From Candidatus Marinacidobacterales bacterium (GTDB lineage Bacteria > Acidobacteriota > Vicinamibacteria > Marinacidobacterales > SMYC01), in NCBI GenBank assembly GCA_965237955.1, contig OZ250169.1, positions 640,001-704,000 of the forward strand: 64,000 nucleotides of DNA, given 5' to 3'. Every line of letters starts with the position of its first letter. Position 1 is the stretch's first letter. Positions 43,734 through 54,408 of the stretch are shown in pieces. The notes beneath the pieces are model-generated. The model ran no database searches, was not told the origin of the DNA, and saw only the letters and a program-made list of their open reading frames with translations. Position numbers and translations under genes: made by a program.

Positions 43734-44715
43734 GTGTGTCGTAAAGCAGACGAGGAGCGTCAGTAGGAGCTACCGTTTGCGAGTTGCACTTCTCCAGCGG
43801 GTGGAAGTCCCGTCCCGGTAAGCGCGGGAGCGCCGGGTAGCAGGCCCCGTGTATTGGAGGGAGACCTCTGTGCCCGAGCGGGGCGTCAAGAGCCTCTACG
43901 GAGGGAGCAACCACGCGGGCCGCAACATGAAGTGAAGCTTGCAGCCTCGACACATTTACAATCCGGAAGCCGAGCCGCTAATCTCACGGCGAAGGTCCAG
44001 TCAACTCCCCCAAGACCGGAGGGTGGGGTGGGTTCCGGCGGGGTATGGGGCGCGGCACGTGTGGGAGGAGGCGCGTGGAATACGAAAGACCCGTCTGTAC
44101 AGCTGTCGTCACAACGATCTGCCTCGTATAAGCCCAAGGCGAAGTCGAGCGGTGTGCAGCGGGAGTCCGAGGGGGTTGTAGTACCGTGGAAAGCTGCGCA
44201 ACAAAACGCGGACGGAGGGAAAAACCCCTGCGTTGGTCAGGCCGAAGGCGGAGGTAAGCGTGAGGGTATGGCTGGGCATGAGACTCGGTCCCACCACCCC
44301 CTCAGGAGCGAGCGTGCGGACAAAGTGCGACAACTCCAACGAGACGGCTGTGGGCGTCGGCCAAGCGGTCGCCCAAACGCTGCTTCCATGCGGTGTATGG
44401 GAATGCAGCAATGAAGTTTGTCACAGTCGACAAGTATGTGGTCTGGACGGTTCAAACGCTTCATGATTCAGCGCAAAGGCCGTCAACTCCGACCCGGCGA
44501 AGCTTCGCGCTGGACTCGCAAGTACTTCGAAGCCCTCGGTCTCTGCATCGCCTGCACGGTACAACCCGCTACGCGGGTTCTCCGTTCTAGGAGAGTGCGT
44601 AATGCTATCGCTCAAGAGACCACCGGTAAGCCGTGTGCGGGAAAACCGCACGCACGGTTTGAGAGGGGGTCCTGTCGGAAACTCCTTACAAAGAGGGAAA
44701 GTAGGATCTACCAAT
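43734..44715 (+). mobile_element. Group II intron with RT/maturase ORF internally deleted
   Basis: 5' GTGTG; DV aagccgtgtgcgggaaaaccgcacgcacggttt (44628-44660); 3' ...ctaccaat; ORF relic DKVRQLQR..WASAK..FHAVY joined to GNAAMKF..VDKYV. Confidence 0.85.
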
Positions 44716-45178
44716 GACCATGGACGGCCCCAGAAAGCCTTATTAATATGAACCTCAATGGTACGCGTCACTCAAAAAATCGCGCGATGCGACGAGGTGT
44801 CGACGACAACGTGTACTACCTGGGCTGACTCGAACGCCGGACGACGTGGCCCGCGTCTATCGGCAAGCCAAGATCATGGCCTTGTGCTCCTGCAACGAAG
44901 GCGGCCCGCGCTTGACGGCGGACGCCATGGCATGCGAAGTGCCGACGATCACGACGCCGGTCGGTGTCATGCCCGAGATCGTCCGCGAAGGAAGCTCGAT
45001 GCCACTGATGATTTGGCGCGCGGTGTACGTCAGATTCTGGAGGACCCGGCCCTGGCCCAGCGGCTCAGCGGCTCAGCGCTGCTGGTTGTGAGAGCGTGCA
45101 TTCCCGGACCTGGGACCAACGCACCGGGGCCATTCTCGAATTCGTTCATCTCCGCGGTACACCGATCCAGCGTTCCCA

Positions 45179-45392
45179 TTGAGCCCCCGTCGAGTGCGGC
45201 GCTGCCTGGTGACGGAAAGCCCCGTCCGCCTTGGCGTTTTGAATATCGGCTTCAGCCGCTACCGGCTTCCGCTCGATCCGCACCAGAAGAAAAAGTTCGA
45301 AAGCCTCTCCGAGATGGCGGAGCTTCACGTGGTGAGGCTCGCTCCAGGCCGAAGTTTTGTACCAATTCTTGTGAGAGATATTACATGCCAAC
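45179..45392 (+). pseudogene. GT4 N-terminal fragment
   Basis: RLGVLNIGFSRYRLPL...KKFESLSEMAELHVV is homologous to the start of 22558-23697. Confidence 0.65.
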
Positions 45393-45650
45393 CTGAGGCC
45401 GTAAAACTGGGGTTCCAGACAAGGGTATAGGCCCCCGGCGCCGGGGGTCTATACCCCGAGCGCCACGCGCGGCCGAACCGTGTTGTATTGCTGCCGCCAC
45501 TGTCCGATCACGCTCTGTGCTTCCTTCAGCGAATAGAAGATTTCTCCATTCAGACATTCATCCCGTAGCCGGCCGTCGAAACTTTCACCGTACCCGTTCT
45601 CCCAGAGGTTGCCGGGCTCGATATACAGTGCTCGGTTCCCAAGTGCTAGG
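45393..45650 (-). mobile_element. IS3-family orfB C-terminal fragment and end
   Basis: YIEPGNLWENGYGESFDGRLRDECLNGEIF...WRQQYNTVRP. Confidence 0.8.
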
Positions 45651-46048
45651 AACAGTCCTAGCCATGAGATTTCTTTTCTTGTACGCGTTTCCAACGTGCC
45701 CGTCCACCTTTTCGGGCGATGGACCGCCGAGAGCATCTCGGCTCGTGCCTTCCCGTCCAGGCATCCAAGCATCGCTGCGTCTGGGTTCTTACCTTTTGCC
45801 CTGGCGACGATCTCCTGGATGGCGGACTCGTCAGGGTTGGGTTCGACGTTGATGCTTTACGGCATGCGGAATAGTATACACTCACACGAGGAGTTGGAAA
45901 TCAATGAAGCAGAAGCAACAGAAGGTACCGAAGCGTGGGCCAGGATGTCCAATCACGGGATCGAACTTCATGCGACCGCCGAGCAGATCGCGAAGGCAAT
46001 GTTCGCAGCGGCCAAACCACTAGATCCAAGCAAGCGCATCGTGAAGCG

Positions 46049-46075
46049 GCCAAGGGGTTCCTAGAACCCCTTGGC
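46049..46075. terminator. Perfect 12-bp stem-loop between convergent small ORFs
   Basis: GCCAAGGGGTTC-CTA-GAACCCCTTGGC. Confidence 0.45.
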
Positions 46076-46576
46076 TAGTTTGTTGGATAATTCCTTTTTT
46101 GAAGCCAAGAGTGAAAGAAGCCCAAGACGGGGTTATCCAAATCGACCGCCTGGGTGAAAACGATTAGTCTCACTGTGGCTTCTGCTTCATCGGCGTCGAA
46201 AGGCCACGCCGAGTGATAGATTTCTATTGTACGGTCGAGCGTGAGGAGGCTACCTGGTGGGGTGCGATACCTTTCCAATGCTGGTTTCAGCCGTTCGCGA
46301 GAGTCGGTGCCGTGAACACTAGTCAACTCTGCGACCAAGGTCGCGAGGGTGCGTGTCGAGATCCCGAAGCCCGCTCCGATGCTGACCGACTCGGCTCCCT
46401 TAACTCACTCGCCGCCACGCACTGAGTGGCAGGCAGGTTTCGAGCACGTTGCTGGGATTCGGCGCAGTCTATCACGTGATCGTCCCCGGAGTGCGTCGTC
46501 GTCGAGGGATCTGGTCTCGCGATCTCGATCGGCTCACTGAAGGAATCTTGAACACGATCGATGAGGATACAGCGCG

Positions 46577-47776
46577 GTGAGCCTCAAGAAACTTGTCTAT
46601 CTCACGAGCGCGCGTCTTCCTACCGAGAAGGCGCACGGCCTGCAGATCATGAAGATGTGCGAGGCGTTCGCCGACAACGGGCTCGACGTCACCTTGCTCT
46701 ACCCCCACCGGCGGCAACCTCCGGGAATGACTTCTTCCGACGGCCCGTTCTCCTTCTATGGAGTACGTCCCGTATTCGAGGCTAAGCGCCTGCCTTGCTT
46801 CGACATCGGATTCCTCAAGCGGATCTCGGAATCGCTTTGGTTCTGGACGCTCGATTTCACCGCCACCGCCAGCATACTTCTCGAAAGCCGTCGCTTCTCC
46901 GCGACTGGAGACGTGACCTTTTACAGTCGCGACCCTCTCATGACGCTCGTCGGACTCGCCTTGTGTCGAAACATACCGAGACGGTGGGTGTTCGAGGCGC
47001 ACCGTCCCCCTTCTTCATCTCGAGTGGCGCACCGGCTGGGGAACGCGGACGCTCTCGTCGTCCTGACCGAGGGACTCAGGAAAGCTTTCGTCGCCGGCGA
47101 CGCACCGCCCGAACGTGTGCAGGTCGCACCCGACGGCGTCGATCTGACGAACTTCACCGTGGACCAAGACCGAGAGAGCTGTCGCCGCGAGCTCGGATTG
47201 CCGGTCGACGGGGCAATCGTCGGCTATGTCGGGCGATTCCAGACGATGGGGGAGGAGAAAGGGATCTCGGAGCTGATTGCTGCGATGGGCGACCGAAGCC
47301 TCAAAGATGCCATGCTCGTCTGCGTGGGTGGTCCCATGAGCGCCGTCGACCGGTACCTCAAGGTCGCTCGATTGCACCAAGTATCGAAAGAACGTCTCGA
47401 GTTCTTCGACCGTGTTCCCCACCGCGAAGTGCCGTGCTGGATCCGCGCGTTCGACGTCGCGGCCATGCCGTTTCCTGACGCTGCGCACTACTCGGAGTCG
47501 ATGTCTCCCTTGAAGCTCTTCGAGTACATGGCGGTCGAGGCACCCATCTTGGCGACCGACCTGCCTTCGGTACGGGAGGTATTGCAACACGACAAGAATG
47601 CTTGGCTCGTCGAGCCCGGCTCCGCAAAAGCGTTGGCCTCGGGGTTGTCGCACCTCCTCCACAACCGAGAGGACGCCGCGCGGCTCGGCAGACAGGCGCG
47701 GGCCGACGCAACCTTCTACACGTGGGACCGCCGAGCCAAGACCATTCTGACGACGATCGAGCAAATCCCGGAATGA
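46577..47776 (+). CDS. Glycosyltransferase family 4
   Basis: LPTEKAHGLQIMKMCEAF; APDGVD; YVGRF; MSPLKLFEYMA. Confidence 0.92.
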   Translation: MSLKKLVYLTSARLPTEKAHGLQIMKMCEAFADNGLDVTLLYPHRRQPPGMTSSDGPFSFYGVRPVFEAKRLPCFDIGFLKRISESLWFWTLDFTATASILLESRRFSATGDVTFYSRDPLMTLVGLALCRNIPRRWVFEAHRPPSSSRVAHRLGNADALVVLTEGLRKAFVAGDAPPERVQVAPDGVDLTNFTVDQDRESCRRELGLPVDGAIVGYVGRFQTMGEEKGISELIAAMGDRSLKDAMLVCVGGPMSAVDRYLKVARLHQVSKERLEFFDRVPHREVPCWIRAFDVAAMPFPDAAHYSESMSPLKLFEYMAVEAPILATDLPSVREVLQHDKNAWLVEPGSAKALASGLSHLLHNREDAARLGRQARADATFYTWDRRAKTILTTIEQIPE

Positions 47777-48855
47777 AAATCCTCTTCTACTACCCGGGCT
47801 CGCTACGCAACCGACGGCGAGGTACGCCTCTTCGCGTGTACGCCATCTACGAGTCGCTCCGAAAGCTCGCCGATGTCTACCTCGTCGCCCGTGAACTGCC
47901 CGAGGACGCACGGGAGCGCTCGATGGCGCTGGAGCCGCCGAGGAAAGGACTCGATTGGCTTCTGCAAACCCGCGTGCTGCGGCGTGCGGTGCGCGAGTTT
48001 CAGCCCGATCTTTTCTACGGTCACACCCATCTTGCGATACTCCCGTTGCTCCTTGCGGCGGGCCGCCACGCCAAAACCTGTGTCGACTTACACGGCCTGC
48101 CCCATCACGAGCTCGGCCTTCAGGGTGTCCACAAGTGGGCCACGGCAGGCTGGCATCGCATGCTCATCAAAAGGCTCACGGGTATCACCGCCGTGTGCGA
48201 CCCATTGACTCGCTTCTACCGCGGTGACGCCGCATCGGGTTTTACCTTCCACGGCGGTGTAGACGGGCAGGCGATGGAGGCATTGACCCCGGCTGCGATC
48301 GACAAGAGCGCTGGATCCGTCATCACTTATTGCGGCAACGCGAGACGTTACCAGGGCGTCGACGTTTTGCTCGCCGCGCTCGCGAAGATTCGAGAAGAGC
48401 CATGGCAACTTCTCCTCGTGTTGAGCTCGAGAGAAGCAGAGGTGATGCGGCTACTTGAGAACTACGGACTCACTGGTAGGGTGACGATCAAGCAGGATCT
48501 GGATCAAATCGAGGTCTTCGCACATCTGAAGGCCGCCGATATCGCCGTGGTCCCTCGGCCCGACATCCCTATCACCCGCTACGCCTTGCCGTCAAAGCTT
48601 CCCGAGTACCTCGCGTCGGGCACCGCGGTCGTGGCCACCGCGGTAGGAGATGCCCACCGGCTCCTCTCTGACCGGGAGACGGGGTGGCTGGTACCGCCCG
48701 GCAACGCGGAGGCGTTGGCCACCACGCTGAAACACGCGCTCCACTCGGCTCACGAGCGCGACCAATACGGCAAGCGTGCCCGCGAGCGCATGCGCGCCGA
48801 GTTCGACTGGGACGTCCTCACCGAGAGAGCGTTCGGCTTCCTGCAGACCTTATAA
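47773..48855 (+). CDS. Glycosyltransferase family 4
   Basis: Start MKILFYYPG at the ATGA overlap; YQGVD; LPSKLPEYLASG. Confidence 0.9.
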   Translation: MKILFYYPGSLRNRRRGTPLRVYAIYESLRKLADVYLVARELPEDARERSMALEPPRKGLDWLLQTRVLRRAVREFQPDLFYGHTHLAILPLLLAAGRHAKTCVDLHGLPHHELGLQGVHKWATAGWHRMLIKRLTGITAVCDPLTRFYRGDAASGFTFHGGVDGQAMEALTPAAIDKSAGSVITYCGNARRYQGVDVLLAALAKIREEPWQLLLVLSSREAEVMRLLENYGLTGRVTIKQDLDQIEVFAHLKAADIAVVPRPDIPITRYALPSKLPEYLASGTAVVATAVGDAHRLLSDRETGWLVPPGNAEALATTLKHALHSAHERDQYGKRARERMRAEFDWDVLTERAFGFLQTL

Positions 48856-48915
48856 ATAGCAGCGAACGCAATTGCGCGCCCGCCACCGGATGTAATACAG
48901 TCATTTTGGCTGACT

Positions 48916-49740
48916 ATGCCGCAGACTCACTCGTTCAAAAACGCCTACCGCGACATGTGGGAGATGTTCGGCAAGAAAAAAGCCGAGCGCTACAACCAGC
49001 AAAAGTTCCTACCCATCAACCGCGTTGGGCTCACGAACTTCATCCACGAGGAGGCGTTGCTGCGTATGGTGCTATCCGTCGAGCCCAAGACGGTGCTCGA
49101 CATCGGATGTGCCTCCGGCCAGGAGGTCTTTGCCCTCGCTCCTCACTGTGAGAAGGTTGTCGGAGTGGAATCGCTCAGAGCTTCATCGACGAGTGCGACC
49201 GGCAAAGACAGGCTCAGGGTGTCGACAAAGTTTCTTTCCGAGTCGCCACGTTCCACGATCTACCCGACGAAAGCTTCGACGTCGTCCTTTGCGGCGAGGT
49301 CTTTGAGCACGTTCCCGAACTGGACGAGGCCGTGAACGCACTTACCGAGCGATTGCGAAACGGCGGCCACGCCGTTGTCAGTGTGCCTCACTTCAACGCC
49401 GACGGTACGTGGTGGGGCCGGCTTCTGCGTCTCGTCGGGGCTCGACGCTTCCGTCCCTTGGAACAGTTCTCCATGGAAGAGATCTTGAGCCATGGAGACG
49501 CCCACATCCGCGAGTTCTCGCAGAGCAAGCTACGGGAGCTCTTCGAAAGCTACGGCTACCGAGCCTGTGAGATCGCACTGTTTCCCATCTCGATGGCCCG
49601 TGGAGCGACGTCGTGCTCTCCGGATTTCTCGAGCGCATGCCGCGGACGCGAGGACCCCTCGTTGCGCTGGAGCACGTTTCTTTGAGGGTCGCACCCCGTC
49701 TCGGAAGGCACATCGTTCTTCTTGCGGAGAAACTCTAAAC
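48916..49740 (+). pseudogene. Class I SAM methyltransferase, frameshifted
   Basis: VLDIGCASG, FDVVLCGEVFEHVP and SVPH..HIREFS in different frames. Confidence 0.75.
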
Positions 49741-49765
49741 CTTCAACCTTATCAGAAAAACTCTC

Positions 49766-50689
49766 ATGAAAATTCTTATTACCGGCGGCCTGGGGACGGT
49801 AGGCAACCATTTGGTCAAGGAGCTCCGGGCTCGCGACCACGATGTCCTCCTTTGCGATCTGCCCCATCACCACGACCCTCAGTACTACCGTTGCGACGTC
49901 GGCGAGTACCGGCAGTTCCAACGCATCTTCGATGATCACGAGGACGAGCACCCGATCGATTGCGTCTACCACCTTGCCGCCGAGTTCGGCCGGTGGAACG
50001 GCGAGGACTACTACGAGACCCTGTGGCGCACCAACACCATCGGGACGAAGCACCTCATCCGCCTCCAGGAGAAGCACGGCTTCCGGCTCGTCCACTTCTC
50101 AAGCTCCGAAGTCTACGGCGATTACGACGGCGTCATGGAAGAAGGCGTCATGGACAAGGTCGCCATCCAGCAGATGAACGACTACGCGATGACGAAGTGG
50201 GTCAACGAGATGCAGATCCGAAACTCGGAGCTGCTCAACGAGACGCAAACGGTTCGGGTACGCCTGTTCAACACCTACGGACCGGGCGAGCACTACAGCA
50301 GCTATCGGAGTGTCATTTGTTTGTTCTGCTACCACGCGCTCCACAGGCTTCCCTACACGGTGTATTTGAACCACACCCGCACCTCCACTTACATCGAAGA
50401 CACGGTGCGTGCTCTCGCGGAGATCTCCAATCATTTCACTGTGGGAGAGGTCTACAACATCGGCGGCAAGACGATTCACGACATCAAGACCGTTTCCGAT
50501 ATCGTGCTCGGGCATACCGGCGCGAGCGAAGACCTAGTAACCTACAAGGAAGCGGAAAAACTCACCACACGACACAAGCGCGTCGATATCACGAAGGCGG
50601 AAAGAGACCTGGGCTTGATGGAGACGGTGACGCTCGAGGACGGCATCGAGAGAACGCTCGAGTGGATGCGCTCCGTCTACGACGTGTAA
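49766..50689 (+). CDS. NAD-dependent nucleotide-sugar epimerase/dehydratase
   Basis: ITGGLGTVG, HLAA, SSSEVYG, YAMTK (YxxxK), RLFNTYGP. Confidence 0.93.
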   Translation: MKILITGGLGTVGNHLVKELRARDHDVLLCDLPHHHDPQYYRCDVGEYRQFQRIFDDHEDEHPIDCVYHLAAEFGRWNGEDYYETLWRTNTIGTKHLIRLQEKHGFRLVHFSSSEVYGDYDGVMEEGVMDKVAIQQMNDYAMTKWVNEMQIRNSELLNETQTVRVRLFNTYGPGEHYSSYRSVICLFCYHALHRLPYTVYLNHTRTSTYIEDTVRALAEISNHFTVGEVYNIGGKTIHDIKTVSDIVLGHTGASEDLVTYKEAEKLTTRHKRVDITKAERDLGLMETVTLEDGIERTLEWMRSVYDV

Positions 50690-50925
50690 AACTCGCACCT
50701 CTTCAAGGGATGACCTCCTGCTCTTCTTTCTGTTCTCCTCGAGCAAGTAGACGTGCTGCTCACACAGACCTCATGGACAATTGCGAGCAGGTTTTCGACG
50801 AGCCCTTGGTCTGGTGACAATCCGTGCAGGGGGACCCGCGCGTGAAGATTCGCAGCGATGGCAACTCACGGCTCGATTCGCCGCGCTCCTGACCCGCTGC
50901 GCTCTCTTGCGTTGCTCGGAGAGCC

Positions 50926-51003
50926 ATCGCGGTAGGGACCGCCCTTACGGGCGGCCCCCCGCACAGATCCCAGCGAGCGCTGCTAACGCACTGGGCTCCT
51001 ACC
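50926..51003 (-). ncRNA. Group II intron 3' relic (domains V-VI)
   Basis: Minus strand ggagcccagtgcgttagcagcgctcgctgggatctgtgcggggggccgcccgtaagggcggtccctaccgcgat. Confidence 0.78.
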
Positions 51004-51957
51004 TGTCCTTCATCATTATTGATCCAGCGGGAATGGTACCGCTGGTGGCCCTACGACGAACGAAGAAACCCGGGTCGGCGCGCGCGGGCACTTGCCGAGA
51101 TCACGCGATCAATGGGCCGCGGAGCTGGACAACGCAATCGCGAGGGACCCCAGCAATCGACGCGCAGCGACTAAACTGGCTCAGGCGGCGTCGCGCCATT
51201 CGTAGCGGTGGTGGAGCCCACCCACTCGCGGCAACGCGACGACTTTTGCGGTCGGTGATGGTCGGGGCGTGACGGGTCTTGAGTTCGGGGTGTCTTTGTC
51301 GAGACCCAAGTGGCAACGGTCCTCGTGGTAGTAGCTGATGTACAAGCGCATGAGCCGGACGAGATGCCGCTCACTGAGGACAACTACATGCTCTAACATC
51401 TCGCGGCGGCGGTTTCCGATCCAGCGTTCGGCGGTACCGTTTTGCCAAGGGCTGCGATAAGAAATGCGAACAGGCTTTGTGCCCATGGCCCTGATGAACT
51501 CCACCACTGCAGGGCTGAAAATCGCGTCGCGGTCAAAGACCAAGTATCGTGGTGCCGTGTCGTATGGGAACGCCTCGCGCAGTTGTTGAATCACCCACGC
51601 TGACGTGGGGTTGTACGTCGCGTTGAAGTGCAAGATATGGCGACGGCCGTGCTCGATGACGAAGAAGCCGTACAGCAGCCGTAGCGACGCCGTCGGTACG
51701 GCGAACAGATCCATCGCGGCGATGTCGTCCTTGTGGTTCCGCAAGAACGCAATCCATCGCTTCACTTCGTCGGGTTCGGCTCGGCGGTGCGGCATGTATC
51801 GCGATACCGTCATCTCGCTGACAACGAATCCGAGCTTCGTCAGCTCAGCGTGGATACGAGGTGCACCCCAGCCGTCTTGGGCCATCGTGCGGACGAGACA
51901 ACGAATCTCGGCATCAATCCGAGGTCGACCTGGATAGCGCGGACGGGAGATCCGAGC
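51004..51957 (-). mobile_element. rve/DDE element, partial copy 1 (5' part of transposase missing)
   Basis: Matches 51958-52911 with a few SNPs; ORF 51181-51885. Confidence 0.9.
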
Positions 51958-53303
51958 TGTCCTTCATCATTATTGATCCAGCGGGAATGGTACCGCTGGT
52001 GGCCCTACGACGAACGAAGAAACCCGGGTCGGCGCGCGCGGGCACTTGCCGAGATCACGCGATCAATGGGCCGCGGAGCTGGACAACGCAATCGCGAGGG
52101 ACCCCAGCAATCGACGCGCAGCGACTAAACTGGCTCAGGCGGCGTCGCGCCATTCGTAGCGGTGGTGGAGCCCACCCACTCGCGGCAACGCGACGACTTT
52201 TGCGGTCGGTGATGGTCGGGGCGTGACGGGTCTTGAGTTCGGGGTGTCTTTGTCGAGACCCAAGTGGCAACGGTCCTCGTGGTAGTAGCTGATGTACAAG
52301 CGCATGAGCCGGACGAGATGCCGCTCACTGAGGACAACTACATGCTCTAACATCTCGCGGCGGCAGTTTCCGATCCAGCGTTCGGCGGTACCGTTTTGCC
52401 AAGGGCTGCGATAAGAAATGCGAACAGGCTTTGTGCCCATGGCCCTGATGAACTCCACCACTGCAGGGCTGAAAATCGCGTCGCGGTCAAAGACCAAGTA
52501 TCGTGGTGCCGTGTCGTATGGGAACGCCTCGCGCAGTTGTTGAATCACCCACGCTGACGTGGGGTTGTACGTCGCGTTGAAGTGCAAGATATGGCGACGG
52601 CCGTGCTCGATGACGAAGAAGCCGTACAGCAGCCGTAGCGACGCCGTCGGTACGGCGAACAGATCCATCGCGGCGATGTCGTCCTTGTGGTTCCGCAAGA
52701 ACGCAATCCATCGCTTCACTTCGTCGGGTTCGGCTCGGCGGTGCGGCATGTATCGCGACACCGTCATCTCGCTGACAACGAATCCGAGCTTCGTCAGCTC
52801 AGCGTGGATACGAGGTGCACCCCAGCCGTCTTGGGCCATCGTGCGGACGAGACGACGAATCTCGGCATCAATCCGAGGTCGACCTGGATAGCGCGGACGG
52901 GAGATCCGAGCCCAGTATCGGCGGAACCGATCTCGATTCCACCGGGCGACCGTGTCGGCGTTCACGATAACGAGCCGGCTCGCCCACGCTGGCCACGAGC
53001 TTCGGAGCGCAACCCAGAATGCTCGGTCCGTGTCCTCGAGCGGTGGCCGGGGGCGCTCCTTCTTCAACGCCGTAACTTGCTGCCGCAGGGCCAGGTTTTC
53101 AATCACGAGGTCGGCTCGGCGCCGACACATCGCCCGGATCGCACGGGCGCCGAGTGAGACGAGGAAGATGAGGACACGGAGCATGGCGGCAGAGTTTGCC
53201 GTCTCAAGACCGGGATCTCAAGCGGGAGATGCGTTCGTTGGCCGAGGCGTGAACGGTGCGTAAGTCCTTGATTTCAGGAGCGGACGGATATTGATGATGC
53301 ACA
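51958..53303 (-). mobile_element. Complete 1346-bp TGT..ACA-ended rve/DDE element (IS481-like)
   Basis: Imperfect IRs TGTCCTTCATCATTATT / TGTGCATCATCAATATC; single transposase ORF. Confidence 0.85.
52135..53184 (-). CDS. Integrase-core (rve) DDE transposase
   Basis: ENLALRQQ, WGAPRIHAEL, AMDLF (D), FDRDAIF (D), QNGTAERW (E), GGLHHRY. Confidence 0.92.
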   Translation of the reverse strand: MLRVLIFLVSLGARAIRAMCRRRADLVIENLALRQQVTALKKERPRPPLEDTDRAFWVALRSSWPAWASRLVIVNADTVARWNRDRFRRYWARISRPRYPGRPRIDAEIRRLVRTMAQDGWGAPRIHAELTKLGFVVSEMTVSRYMPHRRAEPDEVKRWIAFLRNHKDDIAAMDLFAVPTASLRLLYGFFVIEHGRRHILHFNATYNPTSAWVIQQLREAFPYDTAPRYLVFDRDAIFSPAVVEFIRAMGTKPVRISYRSPWQNGTAERWIGNCRREMLEHVVVLSERHLVRLMRLYISYYHEDRCHLGLDKDTPNSRPVTPRPSPTAKVVALPRVGGLHHRYEWRDAA

Positions 53304-54267
53304 ACATGCTCTAACATCTCGCGGCGGCAGTTTCCGATCCAGCGTTCGGCGGTACCGTTTTGCCAAGGGCTGCGATAAGAAATGCGAACAGGCTTTGTGC
53401 CCATGGCCCTGATGAACTCCACCACTGCAGGGCTGAAAATCGCGTCGCGGTCAAAGACCAAGTATCGTGGTGCCGTGTCGTATGGGAACGCCTCGCGCAG
53501 TTGTTGAATCACCCACGCTGACGTGGGGTTGTACGTCGCGTTGAAGTGCAAGATATGGCGACGGCCGTGCTCGATGACGAAGAAGCCGTACAGCAGCCGT
53601 AGCGACGCCGTCGGTACGGCGAACAGATCCATCGCGGCGATGTCGTCCTTGTGGTTCCGCAAGAACGCAATCCATCGCTTCACTTCGTCGGGTTCGGCTC
53701 GGCGGCGCGGCATGTATCGCGACACCGTCATCTCGCTGACAACGAATCCGAGCTTCGTCAGCTCAGCGTGGATACGAGGTGCACCCCAGCCGTCTTGCGC
53801 CATCGTGCGGACGAGACGACGAATCTCGGCATCAATCCGAGGTCGACCTGGATAGCGCGGACGGGAGATCCGAGCCCAGTATCGGCGGAACCGATCTCGA
53901 TTCCACCGGGCGACCGTGTCGGCGTTCACGATAACGAGCCGGCTCGCCCACGCTGGCCACGAGCTTCGGAGCGCAACCCAGAATGCTCGGTCCGTGTCCT
54001 CGAGCGGTGGCCGGGGGCGCTCCTTCTTCAACGCCGTAACTTGCTGCCGCAGGGCCAGGTTTTCAATCACGAGGTCGGCTCGGCACCGACACATCGCCCG
54101 GATCGCACGGGCGCCGAGTGAGACGAGGAAGATGAGGACACGGAGCATGGCGGCAGAGTTTGCCGTCTCAAGACCGGGATCTCAAGCGGGAGATGCGCTC
54201 GTTGGCCGAGGCGTGAACGGTGCGTAAGTCCTTGATTTCAGGAGCGGACGGATATTGATGATGCACA
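53304..54267 (-). mobile_element. rve/DDE element, partial copy 3 (3' part missing)
   Basis: Matches 52340-53303 with a few SNPs; ORF 53204-54148. Confidence 0.9.
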
Positions 54268-54321
54268 GGAGATTCTGGCCACCAAAGCGGAAGCCGCCAG
54301 CCTGCGAGAGCGACGGATCCT

Positions 54322-54393
54322 CCGGTCGCAAACACAGACACTAAGCTGCTGATTTATGGTCTATTTCAAAAGGGCCGAGTTTTGGCACAGGAC
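54322..54393 (-). repeat. Copy of CGTCCTGTGCCAAAACTC end motif
   Basis: ctaagctgctgatttatggtctatttcaaaagggccgagttttggcacaggacg; homologous to ~15033-15086 and ~58816-58888. Confidence 0.8.
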
Positions 54394-54408
54394 GAGGTTG
54401 AGTTCGCA

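Noticed and set aside
43734-44715. Retron or DGR reverse transcriptase system
   Set aside because: No RT catalytic motif remains, and the RNA features are those of a group II intron
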